64,000 nt of DNA. It comes from Octopus vulgaris (Eukaryota). Under the pieces are notes generated by a model that searched no databases, was not told the origin of the DNA, and worked only from the letters and a program-made list of their open reading frames with translations. Below are positions 13,396-27,600 of this stretch, piece by piece (within the stretch, counting starts at the first letter, position 1; each line of letters begins with the position of its first letter). The position numbers and the translations under genes are program-made. The stretch is from the NCBI GenBank assembly GCA_951406725.2, contig OX597836.1, positions 22,010,001 to 22,074,000 of the forward strand. The letters are read 5' to 3'.

Positions 13396-16005
13396 TTTTC
13401 TTAAGGAGTGCCTTAATGCTCTTATCTTTAAATAATGATTTCAAATTTTGGCACAAGGCCAGCAATTTTGGGGGAGGGTTTAACCCTTTAGTGTTCACAT
13501 TATTCTGCCAAAATTAATGCTTTCTAATCCACATTGTTTTGAACTAATCATGCATTATCTTGTAGCTATGAGATTTTGATGAGATAGCTGTTAATTTTTA
13601 AAATGATATAGTAGGGTTGGTGTGAGAGACCAGATCTGGCCAATGTGAACATAAAACAGGCAGAATACTTTTGGCCGGATATGGCCGGTTTAAATGCTAA
13701 AGGGTTAAGCTGGTACATTGACACCAGTGTTTGACTGTCACTTATTTTTTTGACCCTGAGAGGATGAAAGGCAAAGTCAGCCTTGGCAGAATTTGAATTC
13801 AGAGCATAAAGATGGATGAAATGCCACCAAATATTTTGCCCAGCATGCTAATGATCTGCCAGCTCGTTACCTTACCATCACTAATTATATTAACACTAAC
13901 ATATTTATCTTTCAATTTATCTCACCATGTAATTATTTCAAACGAGCCTTTTATGCCCTCTTCATTAAATATATTAAAATTAAGTAACAGCTTGTTACTG
14001 TATTTATTCCCACAGCATAATCATTTCTAATTAGCTATTCAGTTTTCTCTTGATTAAACATTTTAATGCTAAGTTACATATCTGTGAGTCTGTTTTTCTG
14101 TCTCACTACGTAATTATTTGTAATTAACTTTTTAATACTCCCTTCATTAAACATATTTAAAGTAACTTATTTAAGTGCTTATCTCTTTGGTTCCCAGCAT
14201 AATTGTTTCTAATTAGCTTCATTAAATATATTAAGATTAACTTAATTATTTGTCTTTTGATTTATCTAACTTCATAATTATATTTAATTAACTTTTTAGT
14301 GCTCTCTTTGTTAATTATATTAAGACTAACTTACTTAACTATCTGTTTGTCTAACCACATAATTATTACTAATTGGAATTTTTAATACTTCTTCCATTAA
14401 CCATATTTATACCAACTTAATTATTATTCTATAGTTTTATATTATCCTGTCTTTGAAAACGAAAAAAAAAACCCTGCATTTTATTTTATGAAGCATATGA
14501 TTGTTTGCAGATTGCCATTATAAGGTCTTGAACTCTTTTGGTATCAACCTATCTAAGAATCCATTTATACCCCAGTTCCATATTCTAGAAAATACTGAAA
14601 AAGTTACTACAGCCATACACCTATGCACAAACATAGCACCATCATGGGACTCCGTTTTGACCTGTTCTCTTTTATTGCTCAAACTTCTTAACTTCTTCTC
14701 ACCTTCTCAGTCAGAGTGTTGCTTTGAGTGGACAGTCACTTAATAGAGTCATGTGCATGCTTTAATCTTATGAGCAAGTAAGGACAACCCTAGTATTGAT
14801 GGTGCCATGCTAAAATGCAATTGGTACGTTGTAAAATGATTAGCAGATGAGTGAAGATGACACGGGACTGAGAGAATCTTTTAGTCCTGCTGAGGACATG
14901 ACAACTCCTCTGGGGCTGGTGCCACAATAAAATATACCCAGTTCAATCTGTAAGGTGTTTAGTGATTGATAAGAAAGGCACCCAGTCAGGGAAATCAAGC
15001 CAAAACTGAAATGCATAGCAAGACATGGTCCTCTGTTATGTGACAATGGTGCCCTCATGCTTGGAGAAGTTCTCCAACACTTATAATATCAGCTTTTATT
15101 GGTGAAGGTCGACCACCCATCTACATCTATGTACAGTCCTGGGCAAGATATTTTGAGAGGCAAAGCTAGCAGTTGCTCATTGAGGCAAGTTTCTCTCCTC
15201 TCCACACCACAAATTTTTATCCAAAGGAAAAACTACCAAGCTGGTCTGATACACTTGGCACCATTGTTGTCACAGGCATTGCTGTCAGAAAACAAAGAGC
15301 TAGAATAAATATACCAAGGTATCTTGCTTCAACTTTCTAGTAGTTTTGCTAATCCACTGTCTTTGTTGACTCTGAACAGATAAACAGCAAAGTTGACCTC
15401 AACAGGATTGAACTCAGATTGCAGAGAGTTGGAACAAAGAACATGAAGCATTGTAACCAACACTGTAATGACTCTGTAAACTCACCCCATCCAATACTTA
15501 TAAAAGCAGCAACAGTAAAAGCTTTGTGACTAAGAAATAGTTATTGCCTTTGGGTATATTTTTACTGTGGCACCAGCAATAGATGGGTTGTCATGTCCTT
15601 GACAAGACCAAAAGATCCTCTCAAACCCTTTGTCATTTCCACTTGTTTGCCCACCACTTTACAATGTACTAAATGCATTTTATCATGGCACAAGCAACAC
15701 TAGGGTTTTCTTTACTGTTATTTATTAAATTTGCCATGTAGGCAGCACATAGATAATGTAGCTTTGCGGGCTGGACACAGACATTGATGAGGCGAATGAT
15801 TATGATACAAAAATGATAAAGAAGGGAGAAGACAGAAAGTGTCCTCTGACCCTTTGCTTCTCTTGGGTTTTCCTTACTTGCCCATAAGTCTACATTACTA
15901 TATCAAGTGTTTGTTTACTGAAAGCAACAATATATGATGGTGAGTAGGAGCTAGGAAATTTGTTTGTTTAATGTTGTGTTTTTAACTTCTCTTTCTTTTC
16001 CGCAG

Positions 16006-16374
16006 GCTATCGTGTGGGGAGTTGCCTATGAGATTGCTTCAGAAGATGCAGAGAGTGTACGCAACCATTTGGACTACAGGGAGAAAGGTGGATACAAATC
16101 AGTCACTGTGCAATTCCATCCAATCAGTACTGAAAACAAGAGCCCTTTTGAGCTGACCCTATACATTGGGACCGAAGACAACCCATTCTTCCTCGGCCCA
16201 GCATCAATGGACGAAATGGCCAAACAGATAGCTGAGGCTGAAGGACGCAGCGGCCGCAATCGTGACTACCTTTTCAACTTGGCCGACGCTATGCGAACAC
16301 TTGTGCCTGGAGCAGATGATGTTCACCTCTTCCAGTTGGAAGCTAAAGTTCGGCATTTATCTACACATATCTGA
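16006..16374 (+). CDS. CHAC2: ChaC-family gamma-glutamylcyclotransferase, terminal coding exon (AIVWGVAY...LDYREKGGY...GRSGRNRDYLFNLA...HI*)
   Basis: Polypyrimidine tract plus cgcag| acceptor. ChaC motifs VWGVAY, LDYRE (catalytic Glu region), YxGxxxNPxFLG and GxSGxNxxYL. TGA at 16372-16374. CHAC2 versus CHAC1 is a judgement call. Confidence 0.92.
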   Translation, partial: AIVWGVAYEIASEDAESVRNHLDYREKGGYKSVTVQFHPISTENKSPFELTLYIGTEDNPFFLGPASMDEMAKQIAEAEGRSGRNRDYLFNLADAMRTLVPGADDVHLFQLEAKVRHLSTHI

Positions 16375-16461
16375 TGATAATAATAACAACAATAATAATA
16401 ACACTAACAATAATAATAATAATAATCTACCTCGAGATATCATTATTTTCTTCTAATGTAC

Positions 16462-16467
16462 AATAAA
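16462..16467 (+). promoter_or_regulatory. Candidate polyadenylation signal AATAAA of the ChaC gene
   Basis: First AATAAA after the stop codon, about 90 nt downstream. Not verified. Confidence 0.35.
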
Positions 16468-18326
16468 AAGCAAATTATGAATGACGTTGTCTTGATCCCT
16501 TGCTTCTATTTACAACACTCACTGTTTCCACCCTATGTATCTCTGACATCCATTTCTTTCACTGCGCATCCCACTCATTCTCACACACATACACTCACAC
16601 TTCACCTGATTTCCCTATTTCTCATCTATTCTATTCTATTATAATATTTTCCTCTTACCTCCTTTTTTTTTTGTAGTCACTTATCAACTCTTTCTCCTTG
16701 GCCCCCCCACCTATTTTCCTTTATTCCCATGGACTTGCCTACCCACCTCTCCATCCTATTTGATCCTTTGACCCTGTCTTCTCCTGTACTCACCTTTTTG
16801 TACCTCGGGGGTACACCCCTCATACTTCATCATCACCATCTCTTTTCTCTCTTTTCAGTTGCATCAAATACCACAAGGCATTGAGCCCGAGACCCTCTAG
16901 CACTTACACTAATCAAATCAACCTGGATTAGTACTTATTTCAGTTGACCCACAACAAGAATAGAAAGCAAAGTTGACCTCGGTAAGATTTAAATTCAAAG
17001 CACATAGAATCAGAAGAAATATTTGGTGATCAGCACCAGTAACCAGTCTTGGAACTATGAAATTAAAAAGACAGAATGCAGACATATATATATCCATATG
17101 TATGTATGTGTGTGTGTGTGTGTGTGTACCTTTCAATGCTATGTATGCCATAAGGTCTGCAAATCTAACGGAGGCCTCAAAAAACATTTTAAGATCCACA
17201 AAGATCAGGACTTAACTGCAGCTCTTAGTTGTCCAAATCACATATGCAATCTATGGTATCTTTTCAAAACATTGTCTGGTTTAAAAAGCCACATCAGATG
17301 GCATGTTAGATCTAAGGTGTAAGTACAAGAGGTGGTCAGACTCAGCATAAGGAGCAGACAAATGCCATATATGTATATATGTGCTTGTGTATATATATAT
17401 ATGAAACACTCCTGTCACAACCTGGGACCTTGAAGACTGCTTTAATGCAAGAAAGTATACTAGTCCCTTAATATTTGATATTCAATATTTCATCTATTCA
17501 ATAAGACAATACTTCATTTCATTTTACACTATATATACTATTTATATTATATATACTATATTCTACATTAATATTATAAAGAATATAAATAAAAGATAAA
17601 AAATAGACAGAGTTGGAATTCCTTTGAATAATGTATATACATATTCAAAGTAAGCAACAAGAATATCTTCGGTAATTTGGTATGATCGTTTCATGCTACA
17701 TCATTTTATCAAACATTGTAAGTATTACATCAGTGTTAAAATGTTGAGCAATCATCAGCCATTCATAGAGGTTTTCCATCAATACATATACTTATTTCCA
17801 TGTTAATTGATAACATTATAAAGAGGGTAGAAATACAGACAGAGATGTTGATTTGAATGTTAAGAACATTTTTAAACTAATGTAATACAATGTTTAATAA
17901 AATGATGTAGCATGAAACGATCGTACCAAATTACCGAAGATATTCTTGTTGCTTACTTTGATTATAATCACCCCATGGATTTATATGGATAACACCATAC
18001 AAAATTCTGGTGCATCTAACTTAAGTACCATATTCATTTGAATCTATATTTTGCTGAACTTATATATATATATATATGGCCACAGTCAAATGACTGAAAC
18101 AAGTAAAAGAGCAAAAGAGCAAAGAGCATTTATACACTCAATTTTCTCTTTTTGCACAAGAGATACATTCCAGAGACTATCGTGCAAAATAAAACTATGT
18201 AAAAAAATATACAGTGTACATATGAAAATTAGAGATAGGTTTCATTCAAATATATTTAATAAAAGAATGTTAATTTTCATATACAAGTTGTATTTTTTAT
18301 TTATACATACATACATATATAAATAT

Positions 18327-18411
18327 ATATATGTATCAAAAGAAAAACAGGACGCAAAGGATTTTGTACCGCAAAATCCTTTGCGTCCTGTTTTTCTTTT
18401 GATACATATAT
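18327..18411. repeat. Perfect 40-bp hairpin with a 5-nt loop
   Basis: Arms 18327-18366 and 18372-18411 are exact reverse complements. Confidence 0.95.
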
Positions 18412-18477
18412 CCTATCACCTATACCACTAGCTGGCATATACAGGTGCTTACACTTATCAAGTATTCACCCTGAATT

Positions 18478-18515
<38 letters not shown>

Positions 18516-18539
18516 AATCATTCAGTCATTCAGTGTCAC

Positions 18540-19075
18540 TACTAAACAGTAAACATGCCCGCTTTCTGTTGTTTTTCGGTGGTGCAAAATCACTCTGGTC
18601 ACTGGAAATATTTGATGGCAATATATTTCATGTGTATCTTGAATAAAATTAACATCTTGTGTTTCTTTTGTTTCACTGGTTTTGAATATGAATTCAGTTA
18701 TCAGACGCTGTGATTTTGTTTTTGTTAGTTCTTTATATGATTCTTCATAACGTGCCATAATCATTTTGAAATCACATTGGAATCGCACAGCTTGTTCAAC
18801 ATTGCTATCATTTCTAAGAAAATGATTTCCAAGTTTATTGGCTATTCGGAGGCCTTCTGGAATTGTAATTGCAGACAGTGGAACCAATTCTTCATCATCA
18901 CTACTATAAACTAACGTGGAATCATATACATTCTCTGAAATACTGTCTATAATTTGTTCTTCATTAGGAGCTTCGTTAATTGTTAATTCTGCAATATCTT
19001 CAATTGTTAATTCTTCAAAACCTTCTCTGCCAATCTGATGTGACAAAGTGATGCTATCAGAATGTAATTTATTCC
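18540..19075 (-). mobile_element. Pogo/Tigger-like transposase C-terminal remnant
   Basis: GxEGFEELTxEDIxEL, an acidic patch, and a Y..LxK.K.Q..ITxF end, typical of Tigger/TIGD C-termini. The N-terminus of the tracked ORF is SINE-derived. Confidence 0.6.
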
Positions 19076-19087
19076 TATTTATATATA

Positions 19088-19490
19088 GGCGCAGGAGTGG
19101 CTGTGTGGTAAGTAGCTTGTTTACCAACCACATGGTTCCGGGTTCAGTCACACTGCGTGGCACCTTGGGCAAGTGTCTTCTACTATAGCCTCGGGCCAAC
19201 CAAAGCCTTGTGACTGGATTTGGTAGATGGAAACTGAAAGAAGCTCGTCGTATATATGTATATATATATATATATGCGTGTGTGTGTTTATGTGTCTGTG
19301 TTTGTCCCCCTAGCATTGCTTGACAACCAATGCTGGTGTGTTTATGTCCCTGTTACTTAGCGGTTCGGCAAAAGAGACTGATAGAATAAGTACTGGGCTT
19401 ACAAAAGAATAAGTCCCGGGGTCGAGTTGCTCGACTAAAGGCGGTGCTCCAGCATGGCCGCAGTCAAATGACTGAAACAAGTAAAAGAGT
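19088..19490 (+). mobile_element. Abundant tRNA-derived SINE with internal (TA)n/(TG)n tract (representative copy)
   Basis: ggcgcaggagtggctgtgtggtaag...ggttcagtcccac head and (aaagagt)n tail. Copies at about 110-480 (-), 2105-2450, 21345-21745 (-), 24725-25100, 25483-25830, 33645-34270, 43888-44240, 47255-47627, 53680-54104 (-), 60055-60430, 62018-62430 and 63879-64000. Confidence 0.88.
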
Positions 19491-20370
19491 AATGAGTAAA
19501 AAAGAGAGTATTCGATACGAGATTTTTAGGCTTTACACATTCTGGCCAAATTGATCTCTAGCATGCAGAGGATGAAACGCGATATGTCTTTCATGTTACA
19601 TCTGATGCTAATAACTGTCACCATGTGCTGTCTGATGGAGCAGTTACGTGCAGCCAGAGGTATGTACAGTGCATAGGTCCCACTCACACTGGAGAGTGAG
19701 GGATCACTATATAGAAAAAATAGATTGGATTCTATCTTTTATTTTGCTAAATTGTTACTTAATCATGTTACATAGAGTTTTGGCATTTTGTAAATTATAA
19801 TTGATGATTGATATTACTTAATCGTTTATTTGCAATAAATTTAGTGGTCACACAAGGACAGATGTTTAAACTGTGTTAAAGTAAAAAAAAAAAACAGTTA
19901 AAAAAAAAATCAGTTCTTTTTGTTGGACCATGTTTTTTTCAAAACCAAGTAAAAAGAGAATTGAGTGTATTCTGCTGGGTGGTTGATGTTAGGAAGGGCA
20001 TTTAGCCATAAAATCCCTGCTAAAACAGACACAGAAGTCTGGTGCAGGCTCCTGGCAAACCATCCAACCCATGCTAGCATGGAAAGCAGGTGATACACAC
20101 ACATACACATTGATGCATTTGTACATAAATGTGTGTGGATGTGAGTATATGTATATATATATATATATATATCTCGTCTGTATCACTAGCGATTTTTTTT
20201 CCCCTGTCTTCCCTTCTCGGGATCTTTCCTTCTCCTATGTTTCCAACGAAGAGCTCCGCTCGAAACGTCAAACCCTCCTTCTTCCCTTCTTTCCTGAGCG
20301 TCCAATAATACTTTATTTGTTCCACGTCCTTGCGTTGTTGTTTTTTGTTTTTGTTTTCTTGTTTGGATTA

Positions 20371-20430
<60 letters not shown>

Positions 20431-20567
20431 TAACAATGAGGGTCTTTGCAACAAGTTGACATTGTTATAATTACATAAACTTTTACCGAATATGGTCCTT
20501 TTCCATACCGAAATACTACTTGGTGAAATTTGTTGATTTTATTAAATTAATTATATTTCACCCTTTA

Positions 20568-20615
<48 letters not shown>

Positions 20616-20673
20616 CATGCATGTATGTTTGTATACATACACATATAAAAGTGTGTATATATGCGTGTGTATG

Positions 20674-20708
<35 letters not shown>

Positions 20709-22352
20709 GCACACACACACACACACACACACACATAGGCACACATTGACATATATACAAAGAAAATGACTTCAAAACAAAAGAACATTGCAAACACATA
20801 CTCGGTTATTTACACACACACACACACATGTATGTACACATGCACACACAAAACTACAATATACACGAGGACCACCACCACCACCACCACTACATAACCG
20901 CAATACAATGAGGCCTACCAAAACAATACAATACAATACCGCTATTAGTTACTAAGTTAATCTACTCTGTGTGTATGTGTATGTGTGTGCATATGTGTGT
21001 GTATATGTGTGTGTGTGTGTGTAATTTTCCAAATCTCCTTTGTTGATATCAATGAAACTGGCTAAATGTCCCAGTTTTGGCAGTGAAAAGCCTAGATTCA
21101 TTCCAACAGACAAGACAAGACAACCAGGAAGGTGGGGGAGGAGTGTTGTTGTAGTTGGTGGCACTGGGGGAGGGAGGTGGTGGGGAGAGTACACACACAC
21201 TGATATTACTAAATTAATTGATTGACACTGTGTAACCCCTGGCTTTCATTTCACCATGTTTCACAAAGTACAACTGACTGGATTTTGGTCTTCTCTCTCT
21301 CTCTACTTCTCTCTTTTTTCATCCTTTATATCTCTTTTTTCTCTCTTTTACTCGTTTTCAGTCATTTGACTGTGGCCATGCTGGAGCACCGCCTTTTTTA
21401 ATCGAGCAAATCGACCCCGGGACTTATTCTTTGTAAGCCCAGTACTTATTCTATCGGTCTCTTTTGCCGAACCGCTAAGTGACGGGGGACGTAAACACAC
21501 CAGCATCGGTTGTCAAGCAATGCTAGGGGGACAAACACAGACACACAAACATACACGCACATACATATATATACATATATACGACAGGCTTCTTTCAGTT
21601 TCCATCTACCAAATCCACTCACAAGGCATTGGTCGGCCCGGGGCTATAGTAGAAGACACTTGCCCAAGGTGCCACGCAGTGGGACTGAACCCGGAACCGT
21701 GTGGTTGGTAAACAAGCTACTTACCACACAGCCACTCCTGCGCCTTATTTACAATATATTTTGTATAATGCCTTTGCTGTTATGTAATGGTGTAATAAAG
21801 TATTGATTGGGTATCATCTGATGGTTGATGTTTGATTGATTTAAGTATGTTTCTCCATTTTCTAATTTTGTATATATATATATATATATATATATTTATA
21901 CTACAGATATAGGGTGAAAGATAATTTAATAAAATCAACAAATTTCACCTAGTAGTTTTTCGGTATGGAAAAGGACCATATTCGGTAAAACCTTATACAA
22001 AAAGGGTTTTTTATATATAATTATAACAATAAGGGTTTTGCAACAAGTTGCTTGACCACATACCGAAAATTTTAGATATAGCAGCCAAAAGACTACTATT
22101 TCCTTTTTCTACAAAAAAAAATGTCTCCACAGAACAATATTTGTATGTCTTTTCCACTTTCTCTCTCTCCTTGGACGTTTCATCATAACTTAAGTCTTAA
22201 AATTAACTTTAAAACGATGATGTTGGTGGTGGTGGTGCCAGAAGTGGTAGTGTTAGTAATACAACAATCACGTGACTATAATGCAGACAAAAGTATTCTT
22301 ACACAAACATACATGAACTCACATATACAGGTGTGTTTGTGTGTATATATAT

Positions 22353-22489
<137 letters not shown>

Positions 22490-22715
22490 CATTTATATAT
22501 ATATATATATATATATATACTTTATTTAAAGCAGCAGAAAATTCAACAAAACCTGTTACTCTGAGTTTCCCCGTTGCAACTTGTTTGGTAAGGGTGGTTA
22601 CTCAGAATAACAGGTTTTGTTGAATTTTCTGCTGCTTTAAATAAAGCATATTACTCTACCACTGGTATTTGAGTACTCTTTTTTCCACCTTGTTTCACAT
22701 TTATGTGTTTACTTC

Positions 22716-22805
<90 letters not shown>

Positions 22806-24234
22806 TACATATATAGTTCAAAGATGAGATCTAGATGTTCTCCTTTAACTCTGTATATCATTTGTATTCGGTCCTTTTAATATGTATTACATATATACAC
22901 ATTTTGTATTTCATGTAGTTGATATACTTCATACAGTGATCTATTTTATATATATGTATGTATGTATGTATGTGTGTATGTATTCAATTCAATTAAATTT
23001 TTATTGGCTCAAAAAGCAAAAGCAAGGCCATGTAGGGGGACAGGAAGTTATGTACAGGGAGGGTGGTCATACAAAGAGTTCAGGCCATTTATGGTCAAGA
23101 GAGACTTTGAACCAAGTGGTCATGTATGTATGTGTAAAGCGTGAGATGGTCAGCTGATATGTCTGTCCTTGAGTGAATGAGTAGGTGGGTGGAAGAATGG
23201 CAATCTCTCCTCCACAAACCCAAAGAGAGGACGACACCTTGAACATAGTTTTGTTTTTTTGCCCAGTGAAAACCACCCTTACCAAACAAGTTTGAAAAAA
23301 TATATAGGTTTGGTAGAATTGAGGATTTAGGTGTAATGGAATATGGCCCAGCCATGTGACAGGTTGTACTGGGTTACATACTACCAGTGGCAGTATGTAT
23401 GTATATGTGAGTGAACCTGTCTGTCTACCTGTTTATCTATGTGTGTAGTCTATTTATAGGTTACCTACCTACCTACCTCTCCCTCTATCTATCTATTTTT
23501 CTTTTAGTTAAAAAGGTTTGTATGTATATGATACAATCAGAGGTAATTTAATCTAACAATGTACATGTGTGTCATTCCGGCTGGGCTGGTTGGTATTGTT
23601 TCTCTATAAAAGTCCTGTGTTAATGATGGAGTGATACATAAAATACATATTAAATTGCATGGTAGAAGGTTAGGGTAGATAGGGAGTACCCTTTAATTTT
23701 GTGGGAAATCATCTCATTTATGGCAGTACCATGATGAAATACATTTGGTTCATTCTGTAAAGTGGCAGATGATAAGAGATGCATCCGTTGGATGAAACTT
23801 TGTCAAAGAAAGGAGGAATACATGGAGATGATGTCAAATAGACATGACTGTGCCAGGGATCCATATGAGATTTTGGTGTTAAAATTTATGAGCAATAAAT
23901 TGCTTATACTTGTAGATACACCAAATATTTGAACAATTCCTGCAATTGGTTATACTTCCACAATACACAAAATGCTTAAACAATTCTTTTTACAATTCCT
24001 CATGATATTTAATTATAAAAATATAAAAGGAGTTTCTTGGAGTGAAATAGGAATCAAAGGCTTCCATAGGTGAAAAGACATTGAGAACCACTGTTTAAGT
24101 AATCTCTACCATGAATTCTGTCGTCTAACAAATATCTTTGGTTTTCTCTGTTGCTGCATGTGCCAACTGATGAAGGACTGTATGTAGCAAGTGATGAAGC
24201 ACTGTGTGACACCCGTCTTATCCTATCCATTGCT

Positions 24235-24618
24235 TGGAGGCACAATGACCCAGTGGTTAGGGCAGCGGACTCGCGGTCATAGGATCGCAGTTTCGATTCC
24301 CAGACCGGGCGTTGTGAGTGTTTATTGAGCGAAAACACCTAAAAACTCCACGAGGCTCCGGCAGGGGATGGTGGTGATCCCTGCTGTGCTCTTTCACCAC
24401 AACTTTCTCTCACTCTTACTTCCTGTTTCTGTTGTACCTGTATTTCAAGGGGCCGGCCTTGTCACTCTCTGTGTCACGCTGAATATCCCCGAGAACTATG
24501 TTAAGGGTACACGTGTCTGTGGAGTGCTCAGCCACTTACACGTTAATTTCACGAGCAGGCTGTTCCGTTGATTCGGATCAACCGGAACCCTCATCGTCAT
24601 AACCGACGGAGTGCTTCC
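24235..24618 (+). mobile_element. Full-length tRNA-derived SINE with 10-bp target-site duplication (atccattgct)
   Basis: A box TGACCCAGTGG and B box GTTTCGATTCC. TSD at 24225-24234 and 24619-24628. Confidence 0.88.
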
Positions 24619-27600
24619 ATCCATTGCTACATGGAAAAACACATGTAAAATGAAGATGTGTAGTATTATAATGCAAAACTATTTATCAATCATATATACG
24701 AAACAGATTGACATAGACAACAAAGGTATGACTGTGTGGTAAGAAGTTAGCTTCCCAACCACATGGTTCCAGGTTCAGGCCTACTGTGTGGCACCTTGGA
24801 CAAGTGTCTTCTACTATAGCCTTGGGCTTTCCAAAGCCTTGTGAGTGGATTTGATAGGCGGAAACTGAAAGAAGCCTTTTGTATATATATATATATATAT
24901 AAATATATGTACGTGTGTATATATTTTTATGTCTGATTTTGTCCTCCCACCATCACTTGACAACTGATGCTGGTGTGTCTATCTCCCTATAACTTAGCAG
25001 TTCAGCAAAAAAAGGCCAATAGAATAAGTATTAAGCTTACAAAGAATAAGCCCTAGGGTCAATGACTATGACCCTTTAAGGTAGTGCTCCAGCATGGCCA
25101 GTTTAACACCACCATCTGGTGCCTTTCTCTCCACCTCCTTATTTGGGAGGCCCTGTAAAGGGTCATAGATACTGTCTTCCCTTTTAACTAAAAGATATTA
25201 ATATATAGATAGACAGAGGTAAAATATATAGGGTAGGGAGTCTTTTGTAGAAATTTCACTACCAGTGGCCTAGCATGTATAAAAAGTCAATAGACAACAT
25301 ATTCTCAATATAAAATAGTGTACATTTAAACACAAGAGAAGCTGCCTTCAACACGCTAGAAGAAGCAGTCAAAAAAATAACAAGGTAAAAGTTTTTATTT
25401 TTCATTCCCTTCAAAATTGCTCTTAAATGTGGTTTTGGTCGTTTTGACTGCTTCTTCTAGCGTGTAAAGCTGCCTGTTGAAGGAATGGTTGTGTGGTAAG
25501 AAGCTTCCTTCCCAACTACATGGTTCCGGGTTCGGTCCCACTGCATGGTACCTTAGACAAGTGTTTTCTACTATAGTCTCAGACTGACCAAAGCCTTCTG
25601 AGTAGATTTAGTAGATGGAAACTGAAAGAAGCCTTTCTTATATATGTGTGTGATCACCGTTTAATAACTGTTGTTTATGTGTTTATATCTTCGTAACTGA
25701 GCTGTTCGGCAAAAAACTGATAAAGTTAGCACCATGCTTTAAAAAAATATTGAGGCCGCTTCGTTCAACTACAAATTGCTCAAAGTGGTGTCTTAGTATG
25801 GCCACAGTCCAATGACTAAAACAAGTAAAAAAGATATAAAAAAATTTAAATTACACTTGACAGAGTTACCTGAATGCTCATGAGTCAAGTGACCAGCACT
25901 TCTTAATACAGCTCTCCTCATCCATACACATCACCTGACCAAACCATTGAAATAAAAACAAAAACCATATCAAAGCAACAAATTCTTTTAAGAGGCAAAT
26001 TCATTCAGATAAGTTTTCTTTTGTTTTCTTCATGCAAATTTCTTTTTTCTTAAAAAAAAAATATAATAAAAAGAGAAAAAAAAATGTAAAAACAAAAAAA
26101 AAAAAGATAATAAAAACCATTTTTTCTTCCTCCGATGCCAAGCAAAATTATTTCCATTCATTCTTCTGTTCAACATATTTTCTTGGATTTTAAAGTTTGT
26201 ATTTTTTTTAGTTATTGTCTTTATTTTTAATTATATATATATTCAAAGTCTTTTTTTATATATATATTATATATATAATGTTTATTAAAAAAAATAAGAG
26301 AAAAAGATTTGGGGGACAAGAAATTGATAAAGAATATTGTTATTGCTTTTGTTTTTGGAAGAATTTAAGAAATTTTGAGACTCTTGAGATTTTCTTTTCC
26401 ATCTTATTATATTTTATATATTCTTGTATTTTTTAAACCAGCGTTAGAGGGAAATGGAAAAGGGAAGGAGGCCTTTGAAAATCTTCAAAAGTGGCGGCGG
26501 TGGTGTATAGTGATGGTAGTGGTGTGTGTCTGGGGAGGGAGGAGACAGAATCTAAAAACACGAGCCATTTTGGATGTGGGCTATGTAAGATGGTTGGGGG
26601 GAATTTTTCTTTTTTTAAAAAAAAAAGCATTGTGGACAATTTGTTCTGTTCTTCCAGAAAAAAATAAATGGTTTTAAATGAAGCGTCTTAGGGTTAGACT
26701 TTGCGAATAAAGGCAGTTGAAAGGGGAGAGAGAAGCAAATAGACAGGAATAGACAGATAGATATAAAGAGGCAGACATAGAGCCGAAAAGGGAAAGATAG
26801 ACCGGGACATAGTTTGAGAAGGGAGCATATTGGAAGAGGGGTTGAGGAAACCAGCAAAGTAGGATATGTTTTTATATTTTTGATAGCTTCAAAACATCTA
26901 TTGGTATGTAGAATTTCAGCCCATGATTTGCAAATATCAAAAATTGGAGTGAGAGGATGGGCAGAGATTCAAGGAAGTTTTAGATGAGTCGATGGCTAGA
27001 TCTGGGGAAAATGAGAATTCTGAACAATCTTTCCAATCTCTACTACAACAAGCAATGTTAAAAAAAAAATTTAATGGAAAAAGAATTTTTTTTAGATATT
27101 AAATAAAAAATGAAAGAATATATAAAAAAAATCTAAAATATTTGTTGGTATTTTAAAATAATATTCTTAAATGGCATAAAAGTTCTTCAACGATTTGTTC
27201 AATTTTTTGTTTTGTTATTGTAATTTTCTACATTTAAACAACCATCATACAACACAGTAGACACTGTGGAAGTGTGTCAATCATGTTATATAGTGTTTCC
27301 ACAGTGGACATAGAAATATATATATACATATGTAGATATGTATGTCTGCACACATATAAACATTATTGATGTCACATACTTAACGGACATGTTTTGCTTA
27401 AGCGCTTTTAAGCTGCGGTATTTCATCCAGGGAAAGTACCTTGAAGAGATAGAGTCTTAAAAAAAAAACACTGTACCTCAAAACCAGGTGAAATGAATTG
27501 CTCTGTAGGTGAACGAGAACAGTGGATATCAATATTTCACTGTTATTTCAGCTCGTCAGCACCATATACTCAAGTCACGCTCAAAATAAATTCGAATCTC

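Noticed and set aside
18522-19316. 264-aa ORF as a host gene
   Set aside because: It is a chimera of an antisense SINE and a Tigger-like transposase remnant.
24235-24310. tRNA gene
   Set aside because: The tRNA-like A/B boxes continue into a SINE body bounded by TSDs, so this is a SINE head.
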